Assembly: GCA_964035575.1 (NCBI GenBank)
Contig: OZ037833.1
Location: 186,001 to 250,000, forward strand
Length of the DNA: 64,000 bases
Reading direction: 5' to 3'
DNA from: Rhynchopus sp. YZ270_cl-10
Taxonomy: Eukaryota
Shown here: positions 11,170 to 21,700 of the stretch, in pieces
Layout of the letters: every line of letters starts with the position of its first letter
How positions within the stretch are numbered: the stretch's first letter is position 1
Program-made: the position numbers and the translations under genes
The notes under the pieces: model-generated
Told to the model about the DNA's origin: nothing
Database searches by the model: none
The model's input: the letters and a program-made list of their open reading frames with translations, nothing else

Positions 11170-12020
11170 TGGACAATACAAAAGTCCTCTCACACTGCGA
11201 AGATCCTTGCAGGCCGGTTGCCATTTGGCAGAAATGACTGCGACCGTTAAGGACAAGTCCGACATCATGTGGCAATCTGCTCCGCTCACTCGCGTCCTGC
11301 GTACTGCCCAGCATCAACCGGAAGGCGCAGTGCGGAAACTATTCATCGATGAGCAGGCGGTTGTGGCCGCTGTCTCTGCTGCAAACTGGCAAAGCAGAAA
11401 GCAGACTCCGAAAAGAAAAAAAAAACGACTGTGACACGCAAGTTGGGCTGGAGTGCGGGTATGTGGCACTGCTGTCTGCTGAGGAGACACAAAAGCAACA
11501 GCATGGAGGATTGACGTGAACTCAATTTCCGCAACTCCCTATATGGCCTGCCCCTGTGGAGCTAACTCTGCACAAAGCAGTGGTTTCTGTGACCTACTAC
11601 GGAGCCTTGAATACATCCTTTTTAGCGAGACTACTCTCCAAGGAAATGACGAGCCATGAGTCGGGTCATAAGGAATTGAGAGCAGTGACGCAGACGTTTT
11701 GGAAATCTGTTGTGAACACCCCTCATCACTACAGATAATACGCTGAGCGAGGGGGACCAGCGCAAATGCAGGACAACCACACCCGGAATGTAAACCTTTC
11801 CGAAGTGAAAAAGCTCGTAGCATTCTCAGCGAAGGCGTTGAAAGAGCAAGCCAAACAAAGAAAACTCGGTGGCTGAGAGTGGGAGAGGAGGAGGGTAAGT
11901 TGCCCCTCTTGAGGAAATCTGGCAACAGTGGAGTAGGTACACGCTCCGTTGTCCATGGGGATGACCAAAGAAGAGTGGGGTAGTAACCCACCAACAACTA
12001 CGTACACAGCGACATTAGGC
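11170..12020 (+). pseudogene. Decayed antisense coding remnant, probably mobile-element derived
   Basis: Long near-open plus-strand frame with scattered stops; includes TQVGLECGYVAL, reminiscent of a Ulp1/papain-type Q..xCG motif. Confidence 0.3.
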
Positions 12021-12248
12021 CGTTGAAAAAAACACCACGGTTGAGGGGTATATCAACTGGTCTCTCGCCAGGATGAATGAGAGTAACTGATGTGTGATGC
12101 AGAAGGGGGAAAAGCTTTCTTTTTTTTTTGCAATCTAGCAGGGGGGTTTTTTCGTACCGAAGGGGGGTGGTGGTGGGGGGGGGGATATTCAGGGAGAAGT
12201 TAAAAGTGAAAAACGACTCAAAAAGTCAATAAAAAACTGTAGTTGTTG

Positions 12249-12305
12249 ATGCAGGCACCTCCGACTGACCCACGTACGATGCCAGCCATCCGGATGAAAG
12301 CACAA
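12249..12305. repeat. 57-bp sequence identical to 51343..51399
   Basis: ATGCAGGCACCTCCGACTGACCCACGTACGATGCCAGCCATCCGGATGAAAGCACAA at both sites. Confidence 0.9.
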
Positions 12306-12582
12306 AATGTATTAAAAAAAAACTTTGGGAATGAAGTGAATTCCTTTACCACAGAAAATGAAGAAAAGCTCCTTTTTATAAAAAGGCCTCAAAACAAAAT
12401 AAAAAAACAATCCCGAAAAAAGAAAAAAAAATCTACTCCGTAACGCCTTCAATGTTATGCTCTAAAAAGATCCTGTCTCTATATTACTTTTGACCGGATC
12501 CACAAAAAAAAATGGCATCTTTTTTTTTGTTCCCAAAGGTATTGGGAATGCTCTACGATTTTTTTTTATAAATCTCCTGAAC

Positions 12583-13229
12583 CAGGGCCTTAGGGTGGTC
12601 GGGGGGGTAGCCGCCAACTGCTGGTCCAAACCCGGTTTGCTGGTCAATGCAAAAAACAGGTGAAAAGCACACAGTGGTAAAAAAAGACTCCCTGCCACTG
12701 CAGGGAGGTGACGCGCTTTCTCCCCTCTGATGCACAAAATCGTGAAAGGCGGGTGGGGAGGGTGAACCACAAGCCGTAGTGGGTGTCAGCCTTCGTATCA
12801 GTAACCTCAGTACATCTATAAAAGAAGCGGCGGTCATGGCACCCAAAGGTTCCAGGCGAAGCCACGGTACGCAACATTTCAAAAAAATTCCCTTAAAATG
12901 GCACATTTTAACTGCCAAACTATGTCATAGGAAGGTGGGTTGGCAAGATTGCGCCGCAGGCGCACGGTACGCTACTTTTTTTATTTCGCCATGCTGCATG
13001 CTTCCTTTTCCTTCGGCGTTTGACCAATTGAGTCGCGTTCTGGTCTCCCACGGTGTACCCTTGAGCCCCCAGGGTCTCTGCATCTGTGACACACCCGACT
13101 GTTCTGGTGGGATTCTCAAAAAAAAATCTCAAAAAAAATCTATTGTTATTTTTTTTTTTTAGACCCGGACCAGCAATACCTAGGGTTGCTGGTCCGCTGA
13201 CCAGCAAAAAGTACCACCCTAAGGGCCTG
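12583..13229. mobile_element. Non-autonomous hAT-type element (MITE), 647 bp
   Basis: 17-bp TIRs CAGGGCCTTAGGGTGGT / ACCACCCTAAGGGCCTG (1 mismatch); perfect 8-bp TSD TCCTGAAC at 12575..12582 and 13230..13237. Confidence 0.9.
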
Positions 13230-13957
13230 TCCTGAACTCTACTACACGACGCGGTCCAGAGGCACCTGACAAGTGAAATGACATGTCATAAAAGTGACAA
13301 GTGAAATGACATGTAAATCACTTGTCATGACAAGTGAACCACTTGTCATGACAAGTGATTCACTTGTCATGACAAGTGAATCCTTAGGGTCCCTGTTAAC
13401 CCTGGATTCTTTTTATTGTTATTTTTTGATTAGGGAGTGGGTTGCGCAAGCAAAGTAAGGCAATGGGGTGGGGAGTGGGGGAAAAAAGGAAAAGAAAAGA
13501 AAAAAAGTATAGTGGAGCACACTCTAGGGTGGCTACACTAATACAACCAAGTTTTCAAAAAAAAAAAAAAAAAAAAGAAAAGTATTGTTTAAAGTGACGT
13601 AAGGACACGACTATGCGGTTCACTAACCCTGGTAATACCCCCTACCCATATTACCAGGGTTATAACCATCCCGTTTGAGGCATCAAACGATTTTTTTTTT
13701 TGATTATGATAGTATTGCTCTCATTCAATTGTCACAGCGTCGTCGCCTTCGTCGTCTTCGTCGTCATCCTCTTCTTCCGAGGCGTCGTTCTGCCTCGCGT
13801 CTTCGGGTGCGACCAACTTGATTTCCTTTTCATTGAATATGAAACTATACCCTGTGCACCACCTATCCACCGACAGATTTTTTGATTTTTTGATTTTATT
13901 CCACAGTTAAATAAAGTATACGAAGGATTTGGCACTTTTAGCGTGATTCTTTTTAAT

Positions 13958-14818
13958 CAGTCTAAATGGGAGCCAATTACCCCCCCCCCCCCTTGAGGGT
14001 CATATTCGGGTTTTGGGGGTAATATAAGGGGGGGGGGTAATAGACACCTACCTGTGTACCTGTGTACGTGTGTACGTGTGTACGTGTGTACGTGTGTACG
14101 TGTGTACGTGTGTACGTGTGTACGTGTGTACGTGTGTACGTGTGTACGTGTGTACGTGTGTACGTGTGTACGTGTGTACGTGTGTACGTGTGTACGTGTG
14201 TACGTGTGTACCTGTGTACCTGTGTACCTGTGTACCTGTGTACCTGTGTACCTGTGTACCTGTGTTTTTGGGAATGCTACCCTGGGTGCCGAAGGCAGGC
14301 ACATTACATGTGCGGAGGGAACTACTGGAGCCCGAGCCAGTGAAGCCCCCTAGGAAACTGGGGTACGGATTGGAAGAGACCTTGCCGGTAGCCGGGAACC
14401 CTCCCTGGGCTAGTACAATGACGAAGTGAGTGTACCCAGTACCCAATGCCGTGACTTCACCGGCTAACACCGGAAAACACCGGCAAAATCAGGTGGAATA
14501 TACATAAGTACATCACGGGGGGTAGGGAACAGATAGCGCCGCAGGCGCATGGTACGCAACTTTTTTCTTTTTCTTTCCCCTTTTCTCTGCTTTCTTTTGA
14601 TTGCACGAGCCGATTGCTCTCCACGGTGGGGTCACATGTGTGTCCACAGCAAATCCTTAAGGATTTCCTTCTACGTGGGACCACCTAAAGGGGGGGGGGG
14701 GGGTAATAGACACTGAAAAATCTCGTATTTTCGGATTTTGGAAAAAGGGGGTAATATAAGGGGGGGGGGGGGGGGGTAATTGGCTAGGGGGGGGGGTAAT
14801 TGGCTCCCATTTAGACTG
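13958..14818. mobile_element. MITE with CAGT...ACTG ends flanked by AT
   Basis: TIR CAGTCTAAATGGGAGCCAATTACCCCCCC / GGGGGGGTAATTGGCTCCCATTTAGACTG; AT at 13956-57 and 14819-20. Confidence 0.85.
14049..14265. repeat. 8-bp tandem repeat (TACGTGTG/TACCTGTG) x ~27
   Basis: Directly visible; explains the repetitive ORFs at 13957-14470. Confidence 0.97.
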
Positions 14819-15075
14819 ATGATAATTTCACGCCGTGTTTTTTTCACAAATAAAAACCACGCTAATTGAACTTTATTTCACGCGTTTTCACTTTTTTTCA
14901 CTGCAATTCCTTAGGAGCGTGATTTTATTTTTGTTTTTTTCACGCCAAAACAGGGGTTTTTTTTGGCGATAACTTCACGCTAAATTTTGGTATATCCTGC
15001 ACCACCACCCGCCTAAAAATTGAAAATTTCGAATTTTTTTTGCACTTTTCCCATTTTTTTTTTGACACACGCAAC

Positions 15076-15580
15076 ATGCCGAAGGATCTAAGACGCAAAC
15101 GGTCCTCCGACAAGAGATGGACGAGCGCTACAGTGGTTTTGCTGAAGGACTGGCATCGTCGACACCGTACATCCGTGAATGGGACCGCTTTTTAAGGAAT
15201 TCATTGGCAAGCCCAACGGTAAGCCCACGGAAGCCGACTTTGTTTTGTGCATAGTGCATCTCCGTGACGATCTCACGTACAAATCGTCGTCGTAATGGAC
15301 AGCGTTCAGTAAGCTGAGCAGCATATTGGCGAGGAAGTATGGGGTGCAACTGCAAGACCAGTTTGCGCAGGCTCGTGTGTCTCTTGAAACAAAACCAGAC
15401 CGGCTACCGACACGACAGTCCAAGGCACTCCGCACTTACGAAACAAGAAATCGACTCCTTCATTACCTATGAAGGCGGAGGACACACCACCCCCTTACTT
15501 CATTGTGAGGAAGGCGGTGGCTGGCATGATATTCTGTGATGGGCGGGGATCTTCTGAATGTCTCGCTCTTGCACGATAGC
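15076..15580 (+). pseudogene. Tyrosine recombinase (Crypton-like) pseudogene, N-terminal half
   Basis: Joined over frameshifts: YIREWDRF/KEFIG..PTEADFV..IVHLRDDLTYKSSS*WTAFSKLSS...LLKQNQTGY..RQSK.LTKQEIDSFI...YFIVRKAVAGMIFCDGRGSSECLAL, i.e. core-binding domain plus a degenerate G-x-R-x-x-E-L box. Confidence 0.65.
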
Positions 15581-16151
15581 CATTTCCCGGCCTCCGCTAG
15601 CACCCGAGGGGACCCTGAGGGTGGGGAGACGTCGGGATGTAGCTTTGTGTACCTTTGAGGCAGCTTTCAGAACCCGACCACACGCTACACGCTATGCGTG
15701 GGCTAAATAGGCTACACGCTGTATGCGCTACACGCAAAATGCTGTTGTGTATCAAAACGTGGGTTGCGTGTACTGCATGGGGTCACCTGTGCACCACCCT
15801 GTGTGGCTCACACATGGTTATGACACCCCGAAAACGTGTATCCCACCCCACATATAAGGGTAGGCCCAGTTTATCGGGTTTTTGCAGGTTTCCCCGCAGG
15901 AGGGTAACAGGTCTGGAGGGACCCTTCAGCCTTTTTTAGCCTCCCTCCAGCCCCCTCAGGTTTGCCAGCCCCCCCAGCGGGAGTCCCGCTATCCTAGCTA
16001 GGGGTCCCGTGGGATTCCCGGTAGCGCTGGCGGGAGGGTAAGGAAAGCTACCTGGAGGGACACATACTCGTTAGTTATTGCACAATAAATGAGTCACGCT
16101 AAAAGTGCCAAATCCTTTCGTATACTTTATTTAACGTGAAATAAAATTACG

Positions 16152-16317
16152 TATTCAACGCCTTTTAGCGAATTTTTTTGCGATACTTCACTTATTTTTT
16201 TCCCAGGCTCGTGGATTCAATTTGCCTCGCTTCGCTCGGCAAATTAACTACCACTCGCCTGGGGAAAAAATGCGTGAAGTTATCGCAAAAAAAAACCACG
16301 CTAAAAGGCGTTGAATA
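16152..16317. repeat. 166-bp imperfect hairpin with CTCGCTTCGCTCG apex
   Basis: 19-bp perfect basal stem TATTCAACGCCTTTTAGCG / CGCTAAAAGGCGTTGAATA; inner stem AATTTGCC/GGCAAATT. Confidence 0.85.
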
Positions 16318-17524
16318 AATAGTTATTTTTGCTTTTAAAAATGAACAAGATAAAACAAAAAGCTTGCGTTTCTTTTATCGAACAGATTTTATTCTCCGCC
16401 CCGTACCCAAAACATAAACACCACTGTGAATCAGAAAAAATATTTTCCCTTTTCTTTTTTCTTCCACACACGCTTGTTTTTGTGCTTCGTTCATTTTTTA
16501 TTAAAAAAGCTTTGTTTCGAGTGCGAAACGTTTCTCCATGTATTGCACGGGAAACAACATGACAAACAGGTGCAGGGTGGTTCCGTGCTTACCATAGAAC
16601 CTGGCACCTTGTGTGTCTCCCAAAAACCAAAAAAGCGTTGTGTGTGAAGTTTTGAAGGAAGGAAAAATGAAACATCACCTTTTGTTGTCTTTTACATTTC
16701 AAATTTTTTTAAAAAATGAAGCGTCAGTCCGTGAGTGAGAGCCCTTCGCAAAAGTCCTTGCGTCACTTTAACCATACTTTTCTTTACCGTTCCCCAGTCC
16801 CCACCCCATTTCCTTACGTTGCCTGCACAACCCACTCCCTAATCAATAAAAGAAAACCATCAGATAGCCGCCACTACCCACATCAGGCTAAAAAAGAAAG
16901 AGATAAAAAGTACATCATTTTACATTTTTTTACTTCATTTCATGTAGGAATAAATGAAATCATGAGCTCACAGGCATTCCTCAGGTAAATCACTTGTCAT
17001 GACAAGTGATTCACTTGTCATGACAAGTGGTTCACTTGTCATGACAAGTGAGTCACTTGTCATGACAAGTGACCACTTGTCATACATTTCACTTGTCATT
17101 TCACTTGTCACCATGACAAGTGAAATTGGTCCTGGACCGCGTCGTGTAGTACTATTGACTGATTTCCTGACAGAACTTAAAAAAGAAAAGACTCCACTAC
17201 ATCCCCGGAAAAACGGATGAAAGCACAATTTTGTTTAGGTTGAGCTCTGGACAGGAAACCTTGCTACTGCTTCCAAAAGGGTTTTTATTTTTTTTTTTTT
17301 TAACATGCCACTCACTTTTTCCCCCCTACCATAAACGTGTTTTTTTCATTACATTCCCAAATGATATAGCCAGCATCTTCTCGGAAGATAGCGACCACGA
17401 GTGAACCTCTTAAACCTCTCGCACCATGAATGTGCCTCTCTTTTTGGTCAAAAAAGAATAAAAAAAGGCTTGAAAGCTGATTGTGCCCTTTCGTGCACAC
17501 AGCTATATCACGACCTGCGTGGCT

Positions 17525-19439
17525 TTACCCAGAGACGAGGCTGATGGACGACCCTGAGGAGGAGGACGAGGATGAGCTTGCACGGCGTCTAGCACGGACG
17601 GGGGCCACTCCGTCGCTGCCACTGTTTTTTTTTTGTTGTGGTGTTGTTGTGTTGTTTTGTTTGTTGACCACGACTTCAGGTCAAAAAAAAGAGAATTTGT
17701 CCTCAAACCCCGATCACATACCTGCTCTCGGACGACGACACAGACACCTGTCTCCTCCGCACAACCCTCACAACATCCGCAGACCCTGAAGACGAATCGT
17801 CTAGGTCAGTATCGTCGTCCTTGCCCCCTGCACCACCCACACCCTCATCCTCATCGGAGCTGCTGTCTGCCAACAGAATCCTCTTCGGCGGCGGCTTCGT
17901 CACCTTTGCCGCAGGCTTGACCACAGCCGGCTGCTGCGGCTGTTTCGGCTGCGGCTTGACAACAGGACGCCTTCCTGGCTGCCCTATACCCCCTGCACTG
18001 TGCAACGACATCGAGGAGGCAATACTAGACATTGCGCCGTCGGATGATAAGACTGAAGCGGCTTTGTCCTTCTCCTTCTCCTTCTCCTTTTCTTTGTCCG
18101 CTTTTTCCTTGAGTGAAGCTTCGTAAGCGGCAACGACATCAGGGGGGAGGAACTTCGTTGCTGGGTGTTTCGATCCTGCCTCAGGCCCGCCTACGTAGGA
18201 GACCAAGTCGCCGGGTGGTGTGTCGGCGGGGAATGTCCAAAAGGTTTTCCGGTCTTTGCAGAAATAGTACTTCTGTTTGGAGTTGCTCCACTTAGCGGAG
18301 ACGCCGCTGGTGGTGCCTGCATTGCTGGTTGCGGTGGACATTGTGGTGATGCTGGTCTGGTTTGTGCTGTCCTCGTCTTCTTGTTTGCGACGCTCGAGGG
18401 CTTCTTCTCTTCGCTTGGCGTCAGCCTCGGCAGCTGCCTGGAGGCGTGCTGTGGCCTCCTCCTTCCGTTGCAGCTCTGCAACCCTGCGCTGCTCTTCGCG
18501 TTCCTCTGCCGCTGCTTTGCGTGCCTGCTCTGCAGAGGATTTGCGGTCGTTCTCTTCCTGCTCCCTCTGCTCTGCGCGCTTCTTCTCTGCACGCTCTTCA
18601 GAGGCTTTGTCTTCAGCATCCTTTGCTTTCTGTTTTGCAGCTTGTGTTTCTGCTTCTGCTTCTTCGCTGCGTTTTCTCTGTGTTTCTTCTTGTTCCTTAC
18701 GGAGACGTTCTGCTTTTTCCGCTTTTTCTGCTTTTTCTGCAGCTTCAGCTTCAACCCTCCTTTCCTCCTCTCTTCTAAGCTCTTCCTTCCTCTCCTCCTC
18801 TGCTTGCAGCGCTGCCTCCTCCTCAGCCTCCTTCTCCTGCCGTTCCTTCTCCCTTTGCTGTGCGGCGCGCTCCTCTTCAGCCTTCTTCTGGCGCAGGCTT
18901 TCCTTCTCCTTCTCCTCCTCCTCCGCTTCCTTCTGCATGCGTGCCTTCGTCTCCTCCTCCTTCGCCCTCTTTGCACGCAAGGCTTCGTTAAGCGATTTTT
19001 GCTTTTCCCGCTCCTCCTCCTCTGCCTCCTCCTCTAAGCGTTTCCTCTGTGCCTTAGCCTCAAGCTCTGCTGCCTGCTTTTCGGAGGCTTCTTTTTGCTT
19101 TTGCAAAGATGCTTTCAACACAGCTTCGTCTTCTTCTGCTTGCTCTTGTCTTTTGTGTGCTTCTTGAGTGGCGATAGAGGGTCCAGCTGCGTGGTGCTGC
19201 TGCTGGACGAGGCGTTGTCTTTTAAGACGTTCTGCCTGAAGAGAGCGGCGTGCAGGAGGGGCAGAGGCTGTGACGGTGTCGGTGTGCTCGCCAGAGGATT
19301 GACGTTGAAGCTTCTCGACTTCCACCTCCTTCTGGCGTAGTGCGTCTTTCAGGCGTGCGTTCTCAGCCTCGAGAAGGATGGGGAGGCTCAGGGGAGCTTC
19401 CGTGGTGGCATTGCTGTGGAGGTGTGGAGGTGTGAACAT
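17525..19439 (-). CDS. E/K/R-rich coiled-coil protein with WW-like motif; 2 exons (17722..19439, 17525..17621)
   Basis: Long charged helix; KWSNSKQKYYFCKDRKTFWTFP; GT-AG intron 17622..17721 gives an in-frame Ser-rich tail ending ...SISLVSG*. Confidence 0.75.
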
Positions 19440-21189
19440 GGGGGGTGAAACATCTTTTCAGATGATGTGGAATCTTATCATCTTTTTCACATCGTGTCAC
19501 GTCGTGAAAAAAAGGAAAAAAAAAAAAAAAAAAAAAGTGCTCGCACACGATCTGCAGCAGTTCTACTCAATATTTTTTCAGATGAGTCACCACCACGGTT
19601 CGCACGGATCGCGATCCGTCAACTGCGGTACTTTTCCGGGAAAAACAAAAAAAAAAAAAAAAAGTGGGGCGCGCACGGGGGTCGCGCTACGCCCCTACCG
19701 ACTACCGTAGATTTTTGACGATTTTGCTCGGTACGTTTTTCCTTACTAAAACCAGAGAATCTCATATTTCATAGTAAGAGTATTTCGGAGTGTTTTTGGA
19801 CACACATGTGACCCCACCGTGGAGAGCAATCGGCTCGCGCAATCAAAAGAAAGCAGAGAAAAAGGAAAAAGAAAAAAGAAAAAAGGGCAGCAGTCTTCGG
19901 ACAGGTGCGTAGCGACACCTCCCTTGCGAGCTCACAGAAGCTAAGTCGTTCATAATTTTTGTGTTGACAGGTCTAGGTTTTAGTTTTTGAAAAGACAAGT
20001 AGAGCGCAAAGACTGTTTGATAATAGCAACAGTGGTTAAAACTCTTTACATCTCGGAGGGTCTTGCACTGACGATGTCCCCCTCTGATACTACCAATGTA
20101 TGCAGTTAGGACTGAAACATGATGTACTGAATTTCTAACCAACTACTTTATTTTCTCACGTGACCCCTTTAACCCACCCTATCCCCCAAACTTTGATGAT
20201 GCAACTTTTGTGTATATTACAGCACTCGAATGCATAAACAACAAATAAAAGCGACTTTCCAGAGTTGAGGACGACCTCCGTCTATATCTTTTAAGTACAA
20301 TAGCCTTCGGGCGACATTGAGTACAGATCCTGCACTAGCAGGTGATTGTCGACACAACAAAAAAGACAAAAGTTGGGTACCGTGCGCCTGCGGCGCTACT
20401 GTGTTCCCACTCAAAACACCACAATTTCATCTGAAGTTAGGTTTTCAAACCTGAAAACCCCTTGTTTACGAGTATGGGTTCATATTTTGCAAAAATTTAG
20501 GTCAATAAAATTTTGTCCATTTTTCCAAAATGACCCCACCACTTTCTGCCATCGCGCCGAATCGGACGATGCGATCGACAAAAACGCGTGATCTGGACCC
20601 CAAAATTTTGGTCAAAATCACGTGATCTGGGAACATGCTTGTTTTTGACCAAAGCAAAAAAAATTTCTTTGCCCTAAATCGGGCGTGGTAGGTGATACAA
20701 TGTCCCAAAAAATCTAAAGAAAATCTCAGATTGACTTTTTCTGGAAAAAAATTTCCAGTGAAAATTTCAGCCAAAAATACGGTCATTTTCACCTGATTTT
20801 TTTTTTTTTTTTTTTTTCACGACGTTTTTTTTTTTCACGATCAAGAAACGAAGTTGTGAGAGATTTCCGAAATTTTAGATCGTGATAAGATCTTTTACCC
20901 CCCATGTGTGAAGACAAGAAGAAGAAAGAAATTTTAGTAAACGGTAGTATTTGACAAAATGCTCGAGACCCTCGTGAAAAGTCGCGCGTCTGCGTATCCC
21001 GCTCCCCGCTTGTTTCCCCCCTGTGCTCCACGACACTTTCTGTACTTCAGGAAAACACAACCATATCGTAAATCAAATCGAAGAAAAAGAAAAGAAAAAA
21101 AAAACCAACAACTGAAACAAACTATCCGCCCCGCCATCGAGCTAGCTAGAAGCCAACCAACAAAATGCGGCCTGAGAGCTTGAACGAAA

Positions 21190-21700
21190 CCTACTTTTTC
21201 GATCCGGGAACAATGTCTCCCTTGTATGAGGCGAAATGTTTATGAAAACATGCCGCCTATCCACAACCAGCTTCCTGCTCTCCAGAAGTGCGGGGGATCT
21301 CAGCTTTTGGGATAGGTTCCTGTTTGTGCAGAAGTTAGTGCTCAACGACAAGAGACATGAGGTACATGGAACAAGACTCCGCGAGGATTGGCCTGGTTGG
21401 CCGCATTCTTCCAATGTTCTGGGATTTGAAACAGGTGTTCAATGCCTGACCTACGCCTGAAGGGGAAGTTGCTGGGCACAAAAAATGCAAGAAGTCAGGA
21501 GATGAACGAGAGAAGTACAACCTGGAAACCGACCGCTGTGTTCTTGCCACCATCTTGTCCCCTACCTGCTACACCCTGATAAATAAGGCAAGGTCCCTCG
21601 TGGGGTTGGAAAGTGCCTTGAGGCTTTCAATCCAAAGACGCTCATGGATCAGGCAGAAAAAGCAGTGGAGTGTTTTATTACTTTTTGTCAACTTAAAAAA
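21190..21700 (+). pseudogene. Possible hAT transposase relic
   Basis: Ordered fragments FWDRFLFVQKLVL / MRYMEQDSARIGLV..ILP / R..YN....CVLATILSP resemble the hAT W..L..LL.P / lq.d...v.P / ATxLDP region. Confidence 0.35.

Larger units (their letters stand above)
13895..16327 (+). mobile_element. Decayed Crypton-like tyrosine-recombinase element (boundaries approximate)
   Basis: ~41-bp inverted repeat 13906..13946 / 16094..16135; second IR 14966..14980 / 16272..16286; encloses a YR pseudogene and ends in a long hairpin. Confidence 0.55.
13242..17149. mobile_element. TA-flanked foldback TIR element (Tc1/mariner-type target) carrying nested elements
   Basis: Perfect 18-bp TIR CTACACGACGCGGTCCAG; TA on both sides (13240-41, 17150-51); both arms have tandem CACTTGTCATGACAAGTG palindromes. 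Confidence 0.85.

Noticed and set aside
13260..13385. CRISPR-like or operator-like array of palindromes
   Set aside because: Repeats are nearly contiguous with no unique spacers or cas genes; they mirror 16985-17125 as transposon arms.
13957..14470. ORFs with YTRTHVHT/VCTCVRVY repeats
   Set aside because: Artefacts of the 8-bp tandem repeat.
16968..17228. 'VMTS'-repeat ORFs
   Set aside because: Translation of the palindromic transposon arm.
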